Of a DNA stretch of 64,000 bases, positions 50,846-61,123 are shown one piece after another. Source of the DNA: Actinomycetota bacterium (GTDB lineage: Bacteria; Actinomycetota; Actinomycetes; S36-B12; UBA5976). Position numbers and translations under genes: made by a program. The notes beneath the pieces are model-generated. The model worked only from the letters and a program-made list of their open reading frames with translations. It was not told the origin of the DNA and searched no databases. Position 1 is the first letter of the stretch; each line of letters opens with the position of its first letter. Location of the stretch: the NCBI GenBank assembly GCA_041170365.1, contig JBEAYY010000026.1:5527-69526 (forward strand). Reading direction: 5' to 3'.

Positions 50846-51445
50846 ATGAACCTAATTCATCCAACTAAAGAAAAACTAATCCAAACTTTTCTTGATTTAT
50901 CTAAAACAAATAGTTGGCATGAAATAACTTCTGATATGGTTCTGGATACTTCTGGAATTACTAAGGGTTCTTTGTATCACCATTTTGATGATTTTGGTGA
51001 ATTAATTGAAACAGTAAGAGTTAGAAGGTTTAGTCAATGGGTTGATGAATCAATTATTACTTTGACAAATCATTTAAGTGCATCGAAATCTAGAGAAGAT
51101 ATTCTTAAAGTTTTAAGAGAGTATGCAACTTATAGTCATAGTGCTCAAAGAGCACCTTTTAGATTAGAAAGAACTGAAACGATTTCGCTAACAAGAAACA
51201 ATCCAAGGCTTGCTGAACAATTAGCAGAATCTCAAGATCGATTAACTAATGCATTAACTGATGTATTTAGAGAAGCGCAAGAAAAAGGATTTATCAAAAA
51301 AGAATTAGATCCAAAAGTAATTGCTGTATTTGTTCAGGCATACACCATAGGAATCGTGGTTGATGACATAAGTACAAGTCCTATGGATAAAGAAAAATGG
51401 GTTAATTTAATTTATTCAATATTTGACAAAATACTGCTTGATTAA
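50846..51445 (+). CDS. TetR family transcriptional regulator
   Basis: 199 aa. N-terminal HTH WHEITSDMVLDTSGITKGSLYHHF. Confidence 0.9.
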   Translation: MNLIHPTKEKLIQTFLDLSKTNSWHEITSDMVLDTSGITKGSLYHHFDDFGELIETVRVRRFSQWVDESIITLTNHLSASKSREDILKVLREYATYSHSAQRAPFRLERTETISLTRNNPRLAEQLAESQDRLTNALTDVFREAQEKGFIKKELDPKVIAVFVQAYTIGIVVDDISTSPMDKEKWVNLIYSIFDKILLD

Positions 51446-52776
51446 CAAGTTTTCTTAACTACAGCAGCTAAATCTTTCGCTATCTTTTCAGCAATATCTT
51501 GAGTTTCAGCTTCAACCATAACTCTGATTAAGGTTTCTGTGCCACTTGGACGAAGTAATACTCGTCCTGATTGATTTAAAGAAGTTTCTGCTTTCTTGAC
51601 CGCTTGCTGTAATTCATCATTATTAATTTTTGCTTTATCAACATCTGAAACATTTATTAATATTTGAGGATATTTTTTTACTACTTGAGAAAGGGCTGAA
51701 AGTGGTTTTTTCTCAGTAGAAACCACATTCATTAGTTGCAAAGCTGTGAGCAAACCATCACCAGTTGTTGAATAATTTCGCATGATTACATGACCTGATT
51801 GTTCTCCGCCCAAACTAAAGTTTTTTTCTTCCATTGCTTCTAAAACATAACGGTCTCCAACTTGCGTTTCAATTATTGATATTGACTCATTTTTCATAGC
51901 AAGTTTGAAACCTAAATTAGCCATCACAGTTGAAACCACGGTTTCAGAAGTCAATTGTTTTGTTTTCTTAAAATCCTTAGCTAACAAAGCTAAAATATGA
52001 TCGCCATCAATTATGTTTCCTAATTCGTCAACTGCTAGACAACGATCGGCATCACCATCATGAGCTATTCCTATATCGGCTTTTTCTTTTTTTACTCTTT
52101 CAATTAATGAACCCATATGAGTTGATCCACAATTTTCATTTATGTTTATGCCATTTGGTGAATTATGAATTGCAATTACTTCAGCACCAGCCCTGTTATA
52201 TAAATCAGGTGCTACTTCACTTGCTGCACCATTAGCGCAATCAACTACTACTTTTAAACCTTTCAAGGCAGCAGTTGGAACAGTTTCTAAAAGGTGAGAT
52301 AAATATGCTTCGTAAGCATCAGCCATTTCTTTAACTCGACCAACTTCACTTCCAGTTGGATGAGGGACTTTCGTATCAAGATTTTTTTCTATTTCATCTT
52401 CAACATCATCAGGTAATTTTTTTCCATCTTTAGAAAAGAATTTAACGCCATTATCTGAGAACACATTATGCGAAGCTGACAAAACTACACCTAAATCTGC
52501 TTTGTAATACTGAGTTAAATAAGCAATTGCAGGAGTCGGTAAAACTCCAACTTTTAAAACATCAACACCAACTGTTGCAAGTCCTGCAATTAGAGCAGCT
52601 TCCAACATTTCTCCACTTGCACGTGGATCTCTACCAACAACAGCACTGGCTCGACCTTTGCCATGTTGTTTAGCAATAACTAATGATGCTGATTTGCCAA
52701 GTGAAAAAACTAATTCAGGAGTTAAATCTTTATTTGCAGAACCACGCACACCATCGGTGCCGAATAATCGGCCCAT
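51442..52776 (-). CDS. glmM: phosphoglucosamine mutase
   Basis: 444 aa. FGTDGVRG, SASHN (phosphoserine), GEQSGH. Confidence 0.97.
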   Translation of the reverse strand: MGRLFGTDGVRGSANKDLTPELVFSLGKSASLVIAKQHGKGRASAVVGRDPRASGEMLEAALIAGLATVGVDVLKVGVLPTPAIAYLTQYYKADLGVVLSASHNVFSDNGVKFFSKDGKKLPDDVEDEIEKNLDTKVPHPTGSEVGRVKEMADAYEAYLSHLLETVPTAALKGLKVVVDCANGAASEVAPDLYNRAGAEVIAIHNSPNGININENCGSTHMGSLIERVKKEKADIGIAHDGDADRCLAVDELGNIIDGDHILALLAKDFKKTKQLTSETVVSTVMANLGFKLAMKNESISIIETQVGDRYVLEAMEEKNFSLGGEQSGHVIMRNYSTTGDGLLTALQLMNVVSTEKKPLSALSQVVKKYPQILINVSDVDKAKINNDELQQAVKKAETSLNQSGRVLLRPSGTETLIRVMVEAETQDIAEKIAKDLAAVVKKTC

Positions 52777-52780
52777 AAAT

Positions 52781-53239
52781 TTATCTCTTGCTGTATTGCG
52801 AGCGTTTACGTGCTTTTTTCAAACCAGCTTTTTTGCGTTCAATGACTCTAGGATCACGAGTTAAGAAACCTGCTTTTTTCAAAATTGGACGATTAACTTC
52901 TACATCTACGGCATTTAGAGCTCTTGCAATTCCAAGTCTTAAAGCACCTGCTTGTCCACTTGAACCACCGCCCACAATTTCTGCGATAACGTCATAAGCT
53001 TTTTCAATTCCAAGAATTTTGAATGGATCATTTACTAATTGTTGGTGCAATTTATTTGGAAAATATGTTGCCAAATCTTTCCCGTTAACTACAAACTTGC
53101 CATTTCCAGGAACAATTCTTACTCGAGCAATAGCTTCTTTTCTTCTACCAGTTCCAGCAGAAGGACCTTGCTTACCAGTCTTTAAAGGTTTAAAAGATTT
53201 TTCTGATTCGCTGGTTACATAAGTTTGTGACTCGGTCAA
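52781..53239 (-). CDS. rpsI: 30S ribosomal protein S9
   Basis: 152 aa. The [12 protein letters not shown] motif is followed by [19 protein letters not shown], and the protein ends in [12 protein letters not shown]. Confidence 0.97.
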   Translation of the reverse strand: MTESQTYVTSESEKSFKPLKTGKQGPSAGTGRRKEAIARVRIVPGNGKFVVNGKDLATYFPNKLHQQLVNDPFKILGIEKAYDVIAEIVGGGSSGQAGALRLGIARALNAVDVEVNRPILKKAGFLTRDPRVIERKKAGLKKARKRSQYSKR

Positions 53240-53250
53240 AATATTTTCCT

Positions 53251-53703
53251 TTAGTTAGCTACTTGTTTGATTTGCTTAATTTCGTAAGGCTTTGGATTTT
53301 GGGCAGAGTGTGGGTGATTTGCATCTGCATAAACTTTTAGTTTCTTGATCATTTTGTTGCCAAGTTTGTTGTGTGGAAGCATTCCTTTAACAGCTAATTG
53401 AATTGCTTTTTCAGGATTCTTTTCTAATAACTGGTCATACCCAATTGCAGTCAAACCACCTGGGAAACCTGAATAAGAAAAGGCTTTCTTTTCTGTTTTT
53501 TTAGAACCAGATAGTGAAACTTTTCCTGCATTTAAAACTATTACAAAATCACCTGTGTCAACATGTGGTGCAAAAGTTGGTTTGTGTTTTCCACGAAGAA
53601 TAGTTGCAGCAGCTGAGGCAATGCGACCTAATGGAATATCGGTGGCATCAAGAATGTGCCATTGACGAGTTACTTCACTGGCCTTTGGAGTAAACGTGCG
53701 CAT
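53251..53703 (-). CDS. rplM: 50S ribosomal protein L13
   Basis: 150 aa. [16 protein letters not shown]...LRGKHKPTF...VKGMLP. Confidence 0.97.
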   Translation of the reverse strand: MRTFTPKASEVTRQWHILDATDIPLGRIASAAATILRGKHKPTFAPHVDTGDFVIVLNAGKVSLSGSKKTEKKAFSYSGFPGGLTAIGYDQLLEKNPEKAIQLAVKGMLPHNKLGNKMIKKLKVYADANHPHSAQNPKPYEIKQIKQVAN

Positions 53704-53744
53704 ACTTTTCTACTCTTCTTTTCCTTGGGGTTTTATTAACTTCC

Positions 53745-53824
53745 AAAAAAACACTTGAGGTTACAGATTACCCAATAGGCCATCTTGGGCCAGATTCGAG
53801 GGTCAAAGCCAAGAAGTCCTCAAG
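53745..53824 (-). terminator. terminator-like/attenuator structure in the rplM leader
   Basis: On the minus strand, CTTGAGG...(structured 57-nt interior)...CCTCAAG is followed by TGTTTTTTT. Only about 40 nt remain before the rplM ATG. Confidence 0.45.
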
Positions 53825-53835
53825 AAATAAGTGCT

Positions 53836-54666
53836 TTAGGCATCCCAATTCTGGGAAATTCTTACTCTAAATTCATCTCTTAATTTAATGCTGATTGGGC
53901 CAGGGGCGTTTAATTCTCGATCATCTATTTTTGAAATTGGTTGAATGTCTCTTGTAGATGAAGTTAAAAATGCTTCATCAACTTCTTGCAATACCGACAT
54001 TGGCATATCAACTTCTTCAACATCAAACCATTGGCAAACTAATGCTCTAGTTATTCCACCTAAACAACCACTGCTTAATGGTGGAGTTAAAACTTTTCCA
54101 TTTTTAACAACAAAAATATTTGAACCTGTTCCTTCACACAATTGATCTCTGGTGTTAGGCATGATTGCCTCATGTGCCCCTTTTGCTTTTGCCATCGCTA
54201 AGACTGCAGCATTTTGTGCATAAGAAGTTGTTTTAGAACCTGCCAACATACTTTTATCATTTCTAGGCTCATCAACTGTTACTACAATTGCAGTTTCTGG
54301 CCAATTTGCTTCAGGACTAACTGCTACAACAAGTGTGAAATTATCTTTAGTTCTATCACTTCCTAAAGGTCCAATACCACTGGTATAGGTAATTCTCATT
54401 CTCATAGTTGAACCTAGTTGTGGATTGGCAGCTATTACTTCATTTACAGCTTTTCGTAATAGTTCTTCTTTTTCAAAATCAATACCAATAGTTTTTAATG
54501 AATAGGCAAGTCTTTCAATATGTCTGGTTAAGGCAACTGGATTTTTACCAACTACTTTTAAAGTTTCAAATGCTCCATCGCCCACAGTAAAACCATGATC
54601 AAAAACACTTACCTGTGCTTTTTCACTATCTACTAATTGGTCATTTAGCCAAATTTGAGAAGACAT
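53836..54666 (-). CDS. class IV aminotransferase family protein (aminodeoxychorismate lyase-like)
   Basis: 276 aa. VSVFDHGFTVGDGAFETLKV...GSKTTSY...EAFLTSSTR are fold-type IV PLP enzyme motifs. Confidence 0.85.
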   Translation of the reverse strand: MSSQIWLNDQLVDSEKAQVSVFDHGFTVGDGAFETLKVVGKNPVALTRHIERLAYSLKTIGIDFEKEELLRKAVNEVIAANPQLGSTMRMRITYTSGIGPLGSDRTKDNFTLVVAVSPEANWPETAIVVTVDEPRNDKSMLAGSKTTSYAQNAAVLAMAKAKGAHEAIMPNTRDQLCEGTGSNIFVVKNGKVLTPPLSSGCLGGITRALVCQWFDVEEVDMPMSVLQEVDEAFLTSSTRDIQPISKIDDRELNAPGPISIKLRDEFRVRISQNWDA

Positions 54667-54670
54667 ATTT

Positions 54671-55519
54671 TTATTCTTCCAGAGTTCTAAGTCGTCTTGT
54701 TAATTCATACTGTGATTTATATAAAGAAGGATGAGGATAGTTAACTTCTTCTAAAATCAATGCACTTGGAGATACAACATTTAAATCGGTCACTTTTTTT
54801 CGCTTTTCCATAATTTCTTTAGGCCAATTAATATTTTTCTTTCCACTTCCCACCTGCAATATTGCTCCTACAAGCCCTCTAACCATTGAGTAGCAAAAAG
54901 CATCAGCTATAACTTCTGCTGTTATAAATTTACTTTTTCTGGTCCATTTAAATTTAATAAGATTTCTTATGGTTGTAGAACCTGCTCTCGTTTTACAAAA
55001 AGCATAAAAATCATTTAAACCAATAAGCATTTGACTTGCTTTATTCATATCGTGCTCATCTAACTTTTTTCGATAATCCAAAACAAATCTTGAATTAAAT
55101 ACATCTAATCCATCTTTGGAATCACAAACTGTGTAGGAATATCTTCTAGTTAAAGCGCTATATCTTGCATCAAAATCAAGAGGCACGATGCTTGCTTTTC
55201 TAACTTGCAAATCAACTGGTAATAATCTTCTAAATTTATACATCGGATCTTTAATGCTTTTCCAAGTATTTTCTAAAACATCAAAATGAACTACTTGACC
55301 GCGAGCATGAACTCCTTTATCAGTTCTTCCTGCTCCGATAGTTTTTATAGAGGAAACTCTTAAAAATTTTTTTAAAACTTTATTTAATTCACCCTGCACA
55401 GTTCTTTGTTGAGGTTGTGTGCCAAATCCTGCAAAATCTGTGCCATCGTATGCAATATCTAAACGGATACGAACAAGCCCGCTGTTATTAGCAGCGGGCT
55501 TATTAATTTTCATTCTCAA
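54671..55519 (-). CDS. truA: tRNA pseudouridine(38-40) synthase
   Basis: 282 aa. IRLDIAYDGTDFAGF...GAGRTDKGVHA (catalytic Asp). Confidence 0.95.
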   Translation of the reverse strand: MRMKINKPAANNSGLVRIRLDIAYDGTDFAGFGTQPQQRTVQGELNKVLKKFLRVSSIKTIGAGRTDKGVHARGQVVHFDVLENTWKSIKDPMYKFRRLLPVDLQVRKASIVPLDFDARYSALTRRYSYTVCDSKDGLDVFNSRFVLDYRKKLDEHDMNKASQMLIGLNDFYAFCKTRAGSTTIRNLIKFKWTRKSKFITAEVIADAFCYSMVRGLVGAILQVGSGKKNINWPKEIMEKRKKVTDLNVVSPSALILEEVNYPHPSLYKSQYELTRRLRTLEE

Positions 55520-55538
55520 AGTCTACTTAATTATTTAT

Positions 55539-56027
55539 TTAAGCTTCCTTTGATTCTTCTTTTTTCTCAGTTTTCTTTGCAGTTTTTGCTTTAGTTTCTG
55601 CAACTGGTGCTGCTTGTTCTTTTGCAGCCTTCTTTGTTGCACCTTCTGCTTCAGCAACAACTTTTTCGGCTAAAGCTTCCACTAATTCAATAACTGCCAT
55701 AGGTGCATTGTCACCTTTTCTTGGACCAAGTTTGGTGATTCTTAAATATCCACCATTTCTTTTTGCAAAGCTTGGACCAATTTCAGTAAACAATGAATGC
55801 ACTACTGATTTATTTCTAATTACGGCTAACACACGTCTTCTAGAAGCAAGGTCTCCTCTTTTTGCTTGAGAAATAATTCTTTCTGCAAAGGGACGAAGTT
55901 TTTTAGCTTTTGCTTCAGTCGTGGTAATTTTACCTTTTTCAAAAAGTGATGTTGCAAGATTTGCCAATATCAATTTTTGATGTGCTGGTGAACCACCAAG
56001 ACGCGTACCTTGGGTTGGTGCTGCCAT
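55539..56027 (-). CDS. rplQ: 50S ribosomal protein L17 (Ala/Lys/Glu-rich C-terminal extension)
   Basis: 162 aa. [42 protein letters not shown]. Confidence 0.97.
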   Translation of the reverse strand: MAAPTQGTRLGGSPAHQKLILANLATSLFEKGKITTTEAKAKKLRPFAERIISQAKRGDLASRRRVLAVIRNKSVVHSLFTEIGPSFAKRNGGYLRITKLGPRKGDNAPMAVIELVEALAEKVVAEAEGATKKAAKEQAAPVAETKAKTAKKTEKKEESKEA

Positions 56028-56062
56028 TTTGTTCTCCTACTTTTTTGCGTCGTTGGTTGGTT

Positions 56063-57079
56063 TTAAAACTTCTCGTCTTCAGCAAGATTTTCTTCATCGT
56101 TTTCTTCGATGTAGCCTGCTGCTTTAGTTCTGTCATAACCAGCTGGTGAATCTTTAAGTTTCAAACCAAGCATTTGTAGTTTGGCGTGAACTTCATCAAT
56201 TGATTTTTGACCAAAGTTTCTTACATCCATCAAATCTGCTTCACTTCTGGTGATCAATTCACCAACAGTGTGCACGCCTTCGCGTTTTAGACAGTTGTAA
56301 GAACGAACTGTTAAATCAAGTTGTTCAATTGGCATGTTTAGTTGTTCTAATGCATAAGCATCAACTGGGCTTGGCCCAATTTCAATACCTTCTGCATTGA
56401 CATTTAATTCATGAGCTAAACCAAATAGTTCAACTAATGTTCTTCCAGCTGAAGCAACCGCATATGAAGGTTTCATAGATGGTTTGGTTTCAACTTCTAT
56501 AACTAAACGATCAAAGTCTGTTCTTTGTTCCACACGTGTTGCTTCTACTTTGTAAGTAACTTTTACAACTGGTGAATATAAAGAGTCAACTGGGATGCGA
56601 CCGATTTCTGCACCACTGACTTTATTTTGTACAGCAGTCACATAGCCACGACCACGTTCTACAACTAATTCCATTTCTAATTTACCTTTGGAATTAAGTG
56701 TTGCGATGTGGTGTTTTGGATTGTGTACTTCAACTCCTGCGGGTGCTGAAATATCTCCTGCAGTAACTTCTCCAGGACCTGATTTCTTTAAATGCATTAC
56801 TGAAGGTTCATCATTATCTGAAGAAACCACGATGTCTTTAACGTTTAAAACTATTTCGGTTACATCTTCCACAACACCATCAAGGTTTGTGAATTCATGT
56901 AAGGCTCCTTCAATGCGGATGCTGGTAATTGCTGCACCTGGGATTGAAGAAAGAAGTGTTCTACGTAATGAATTTCCCAGCGTATAACCAAAACCTGGTT
57001 CTAGAGGCTCAAGAATGTATCTTGCGCGAGTATCTGAAATTGGTTCTTCAACCAGTATCGGACGTTGTGCTATTAACAT
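56063..57079 (-). CDS. rpoA: DNA-directed RNA polymerase subunit alpha
   Basis: 338 aa. [20 protein letters not shown]...[10 protein letters not shown]. Confidence 0.97.
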   Translation of the reverse strand: MLIAQRPILVEEPISDTRARYILEPLEPGFGYTLGNSLRRTLLSSIPGAAITSIRIEGALHEFTNLDGVVEDVTEIVLNVKDIVVSSDNDEPSVMHLKKSGPGEVTAGDISAPAGVEVHNPKHHIATLNSKGKLEMELVVERGRGYVTAVQNKVSGAEIGRIPVDSLYSPVVKVTYKVEATRVEQRTDFDRLVIEVETKPSMKPSYAVASAGRTLVELFGLAHELNVNAEGIEIGPSPVDAYALEQLNMPIEQLDLTVRSYNCLKREGVHTVGELITRSEADLMDVRNFGQKSIDEVHAKLQMLGLKLKDSPAGYDRTKAAGYIEENDEENLAEDEKF

Positions 57080-57140
57080 ATTTTTTCTTACCTTTCAGGC
57101 GACCACTATTTGACGCCCTTGTCGGGGATATTGCTTTTTC

Positions 57141-57767
57141 TTACTTGGAGTACAACTCAACAATCAACTGTTCTTGAACAGCTGTGTCAATTTGTGATCT
57201 CACTGGTACTGCAGTAACAATTACGCGCATGTTGTGTGCGGACACATCAAGCCATGCTGGAATTGTTTTTTCACCAGATTCAGCTCTTGCCACCACAAAT
57301 GGTGTCAATTCGCGTGACTCTGGGCGAACTTCAATGATGTCAGTTGTTTTTACTTGGTAAGAAGGAATATTTAATTTCTTACCATTTACCAAGATGTGAC
57401 CGTGGCGAACAATTTGTCTGGCCATGTCGCGACTCTTAGCAAAACCTGCGCGATAAATAACGTTGTCTAAACGATTTTCTAACATGACAAGAAGGTTTTC
57501 ACCTGTCTTACCAGTTCTACGTGATGCTTCTTCGTAATAGTTACGGAATTGTTTTTCTAACACTCCATAAATACGTGCAGCTTTTTGTTTTTCACGTTTT
57601 TGTAGTGAGTATTCAGATTCCTTACCACGATTTCTTCCATGTTGTCCTGGTGGAAATGGACGAGATTCCATTGGACACTTTGGTGAATCACATTTAGAAC
57701 CTTTTAAATAAAGTTTTACTTTTTCTCTGCGGCATCTCTTGCAATCTGCCCCTGTGTAACGTGCCAT
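57141..57767 (-). CDS. rpsD: 30S ribosomal protein S4
   Basis: 208 aa. MARYTGADCKRCRREK...LENRLDNVIYRAGFA. Confidence 0.97.
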   Translation of the reverse strand: MARYTGADCKRCRREKVKLYLKGSKCDSPKCPMESRPFPPGQHGRNRGKESEYSLQKREKQKAARIYGVLEKQFRNYYEEASRRTGKTGENLLVMLENRLDNVIYRAGFAKSRDMARQIVRHGHILVNGKKLNIPSYQVKTTDIIEVRPESRELTPFVVARAESGEKTIPAWLDVSAHNMRVIVTAVPVRSQIDTAVQEQLIVELYSK

Positions 57768-57797
57768 AAGTTTTTCTTTTCTCCTTTAATTCTTTAA

Positions 57798-58211
57798 CTA
57801 GACGCGACGACGTTTGCGGTGACGAACACCGTTAAATGGAACTGGGGTGACGTCTTGAATTAAACCAACTTCAAGACCAGAGGCTTGTAAAGATCTAATA
57901 GCTGTTTCTCTACCAGATCCAGGCCCTTTAACAAAAACATCGACTTTTTTAAGTCCATGTTCCATTGCTTTTTTTGCTGCATCTTCAGCCGCGAGTTGTG
58001 CAGCAAATGGTGTTGATTTTCTTGAACCTTTGAAACCAACATGTCCACTTGATGATGATGCAATAACTGCACCAGTCAAATCTGTAATTGAAACAATTGT
58101 GTTATTGAAAGTTGATTTGATATGAGCTTGACCATGAGCAACATTCTTTTTAGTTTTTTTACGAACTTTTTTTGCTGCTGCTGGTTTTGCTTTCTTTTCT
58201 TTTTCAGCCAT
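57798..58211 (-). CDS. rpsK: 30S ribosomal protein S11
   Basis: 137 aa. [16 protein letters not shown]...[14 protein letters not shown]. Confidence 0.97.
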   Translation of the reverse strand: MAEKEKKAKPAAAKKVRKKTKKNVAHGQAHIKSTFNNTIVSITDLTGAVIASSSSGHVGFKGSRKSTPFAAQLAAEDAAKKAMEHGLKKVDVFVKGPGSGRETAIRSLQASGLEVGLIQDVTPVPFNGVRHRKRRRV

Positions 58212-58224
58212 TAATCAAATCCCT

Positions 58225-58602
58225 CTACTTCGTTGCAATCTTTTTGCCGGCAACGGTTTTGCGCGGACCTTTACGTGTACGTGCGTTGGTGTGAGTTCTT
58301 TGACCACGAACTGGCAAACCACGACGATGACGAATTCCTTGATATGAACCAATTTCAACTTTACGTCTGATATCTGCAGAAACTTCACGACGAAGATCAC
58401 CTTCGACTTTAAAGTTTTGATCTAGATAGTCACGAAGTTTTACTAATTCAGGTTCACCTAAATCTTTTACTCTGGTATTTGGATTTACACCAGAAGCTTT
58501 TAACATTTCGATGGAACGAGTTTTACCAATTCCATATATATATTGCAATGCAACTTCCACGCGTTTGTCGTTTGGAAGATCTACTCCAGCTAAACGTGCC
58601 AT
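58225..58602 (-). CDS. rpsM: 30S ribosomal protein S13
   Basis: 125 aa. [26 protein letters not shown]. Confidence 0.97.
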   Translation of the reverse strand: MARLAGVDLPNDKRVEVALQYIYGIGKTRSIEMLKASGVNPNTRVKDLGEPELVKLRDYLDQNFKVEGDLRREVSADIRRKVEIGSYQGIRHRRGLPVRGQRTHTNARTRKGPRKTVAGKKIATK

Positions 58603-58779
58603 AAGGGGCGGTTTTTCCTTTTCTAATAATTTTTCAGAAGTGTTTTACGGTTATCGGTCTTACCCGCCCTGGGTAAGTCTCTAGCTTCTGAAATTACTAG
58701 AGGTTTCGTTCTCTATTTAAATCGGCAAGATTTAATTTGAGGTGACGGATAACCATAATTGGTTATCTACAAGTTGTAA
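58603..58779 (-). promoter_or_regulatory. structured rpmJ-rpsM intercistronic leader (candidate S4 autoregulatory element)
   Basis: Nested helices on the minus strand: a 9-bp helix TTTCAGAAG/CTTCTGAAA encloses CTCTAG/CTAGAG and CTTACCC/GGGTAAG. GGGCGG in the inner hairpin is complementary to CCGCCC immediately 5' of the rpsM ATG. There is also a hairpin GATAACCA/TGGTTATC just after rpmJ. Confidence 0.4.
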
Positions 58780-58893
58780 TTAGCCTTGACGTTGTTTGTG
58801 TCTTGGGTTTTCACAAATAACCATTACTTTTTTGTGTCGACGAATTACTTTGCATTTGTCGCAAATCTTCTTAACACTTGGTTGTACTTTCAT
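58780..58893 (-). CDS. rpmJ: 50S ribosomal protein L36
   Basis: Absent from the ORF track because it is under 60 aa. The reverse complement reads [37 protein letters not shown]-stop (37 aa) between infA and rpsM. Confidence 0.95.
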   Translation of the reverse strand: MKVQPSVKKICDKCKVIRRHKKVMVICENPRHKQRQG

Positions 58894-58914
58894 ACGTTCC
58901 TTTAGTAATAGTTG

Positions 58915-59133
58915 TTACTTGTAGCGGTAAACAATCCGACCGCGAGTTAAATCGTATGGAGATAACTCCACGATTACGCGATCGTCAGGCAAAATTCTGA
59001 TGTAGTGCATTCTCATTTTGCCGCTGATGTGAGCAAGAACCATATGGCCGTTGTCTAGTTGAACTTTGAACATCGCATTTGGCAGGGTCTCTGCAATGGT
59101 GCCTTCAAGTTCAATAGCGCCGTCTTTTGCCAT
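58915..59133 (-). CDS. infA: translation initiation factor IF-1
   Basis: 72 aa. [30 protein letters not shown]... Confidence 0.97.
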   Translation of the reverse strand: MAKDGAIELEGTIAETLPNAMFKVQLDNGHMVLAHISGKMRMHYIRILPDDRVIVELSPYDLTRGRIVYRYK

Positions 59134-59233
59134 ACCTCTCTTATCTCTTTTTTTCAGCTTTTTGAATAACCGAATAAATAGTCTATGAAATCAGTGGTTA
59201 AGCCATACCTTGCAGGGTCAATTCGTGAGAGAA

Positions 59234-60433
59234 CTAATAGGAAGCTTTGTCGGTTTCAACCTGCTGAACCCAAGAAATAATCCCACCTTCTAAATGGGAG
59301 ACTTCCAAGAATCCATTGTGTTTTAAATAATTCATCACTTCTGTAGAGCGATTTCCAGAGCGACAATAAAGCACAACTGGCTTATCTTTGGAAATTAAGG
59401 AAAGTCCATTAGATGCAAATATGTCATCTTTGTTTATGAATACAGAGCCATCAATTTCAACTAATTTTTTTTCAGGCTCTTCTCTAATATCTACTAGTAA
59501 AAAATCTAATTCATTTTTACTTCTTTTATCTAACATTTCTTTTAATTCAAGTGCTTTAATTCCTGGATCTTTTCTTGGTTTTACAGGTCCACAAAATTGT
59601 TCGTAATCTATTAATGTTGTAATTGATGGATTTTTTCCACACACCACACAGTCTGGATCCTTATTAACTTTAACTTTTCTAAAGTTTGCATCAAGGGCAG
59701 AATAAGAAAGCACTTCTCCAATTAATACCTCTCCCACACCAGTTATTAATTGCAAAGCTTGAGTGACTTGTAAAGATGCAATCGTGGCACACATACTTGC
59801 TAAAACTCCACCAGATGCACAAGTTTGAACCATATTTGTTGGCGGAGGCTCAGGATGTAAACATCTGTAACATGGTCCGTGTTTTTTCCAGAACACACTT
59901 ACTTGTCCATCAAATCTATAAATACTTGCCCAAATATATGGTTTATCTAGTAGTACACAAACATCATTAAGTAAATATCTCGTGGCAAAGTTATCACTTC
60001 CATCAATTATTAAATCAAAATCTTTAACTATGTTTTCTGCATTTTTTGAAGTGATCATTTCGTTAAATACTGTTACTTTTACATTTGGATTAAGTTCATT
60101 TACTTTTGCTTTTGCTTCTTTTGCTTTATCTTTGCCAACACTTTGATCATTAAAAAGAATTTGGCGTTGCAGATTAGTTTCATCTACTACGTCAAAATCA
60201 CATATACCGAGTTCTTTAACTCCTGAAGCTGCCAGATAAAGCAAGATTGGTGAACCCAATCCTCCTGCCCCAATTACTAATATTTTGGAGTTAGAGATTC
60301 GTTTTTGATTTTCTAATCCAATTTCTGGAAGAAGAACATGACGCGAATAGCGCTTAATTTCTTCGATACTTAATGAAGCAAATTCTGTTATCAGAGGATT
60401 TATTTTCACATTACTAACGTAGACTATTTCCAT
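59234..60433 (-). CDS. moeZ: MoeB/ThiF-type adenylyltransferase fused to rhodanese domain (MoeZ-like sulfur-carrier activator)
   Basis: 399 aa. RYSRHVLLPEIG, VIGAGGLGSP, two CxxC pairs, and a C-terminal rhodanese domain with CRSGNRS. The start could instead be GTG at 60409. Confidence 0.9.
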   Translation of the reverse strand: MEIVYVSNVKINPLITEFASLSIEEIKRYSRHVLLPEIGLENQKRISNSKILVIGAGGLGSPILLYLAASGVKELGICDFDVVDETNLQRQILFNDQSVGKDKAKEAKAKVNELNPNVKVTVFNEMITSKNAENIVKDFDLIIDGSDNFATRYLLNDVCVLLDKPYIWASIYRFDGQVSVFWKKHGPCYRCLHPEPPPTNMVQTCASGGVLASMCATIASLQVTQALQLITGVGEVLIGEVLSYSALDANFRKVKVNKDPDCVVCGKNPSITTLIDYEQFCGPVKPRKDPGIKALELKEMLDKRSKNELDFLLVDIREEPEKKLVEIDGSVFINKDDIFASNGLSLISKDKPVVLYCRSGNRSTEVMNYLKHNGFLEVSHLEGGIISWVQQVETDKASY

Positions 60434-61123
60434 ATGAATTCACCAGTTATAGGAATTTCTTGTTACGTTGAACCCGCTAAGTGGGGTGCTTGGGATATTA
60501 CTGCGGCAGTTTTACCTTTTGAATATGTTTCATCAGTTACCCAAAGTGGTGGACGTGCCGTAATTCTTCCCCCAGATGAACAAGGATCACACGTTTTAGA
60601 AAAATTAGATGGATTAATAATCGCAGGTGGTGCAGATATTGATGCAAGACTTTATAAACAAAATCCACATGAAACAAGTGATAAACCAAGAATAATTAGA
60701 GATGCTGGAGAAATAAGTCTTTATAAGAAAGCTAAAGAATTAAATATTCCTTTTTTAGGAATTTGTCGTGGACTTCAAATAATGGCGGTAAGTGAAGGTG
60801 GAACTTTAATCCAACATCTTCCAGATGTTACAAAACTAAATCATCGACCAGCACCTGCTCAATTTGTAAATCATGGTGCTCGTTTTACGAAAGATTCATT
60901 AATTTCAAAAATATTAAGCACCACAGAAACCATTGTTAATTCTTCTCATCATCAAGCAGTAGAAAATCCAGGAAACTTAACTATTACTGGTTGGGCCGAG
61001 GATGACACTATCGAAGTATTAGAAGATACAACTAGAGAATTTTCTTTAGGTGTGCAATGGCATCCTGAAATGAGTGATGATAAAAGATTATTCGAAGCTC
61101 TAATCAAAGCTTGTAAAAAATGA
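60434..61123 (+). CDS. class I glutamine amidotransferase-like, peptidase C26 (gamma-glutamyl-GABA hydrolase family)
   Basis: 229 aa. GICRGLQIM (nucleophile Cys), HHQAV, QWHPE. Confidence 0.85.
   Translation: MNSPVIGISCYVEPAKWGAWDITAAVLPFEYVSSVTQSGGRAVILPPDEQGSHVLEKLDGLIIAGGADIDARLYKQNPHETSDKPRIIRDAGEISLYKKAKELNIPFLGICRGLQIMAVSEGGTLIQHLPDVTKLNHRPAPAQFVNHGARFTKDSLISKILSTTETIVNSSHHQAVENPGNLTITGWAEDDTIEVLEDTTREFSLGVQWHPEMSDDKRLFEALIKACKK

Noticed and set aside
57860-58400. Alternative-frame minus-strand ORFs inside rpsK (70 aa) and rpsM (61 aa)
   Set aside because: They are same-strand out-of-frame ORFs inside universally conserved ribosomal protein genes, with no independent support.
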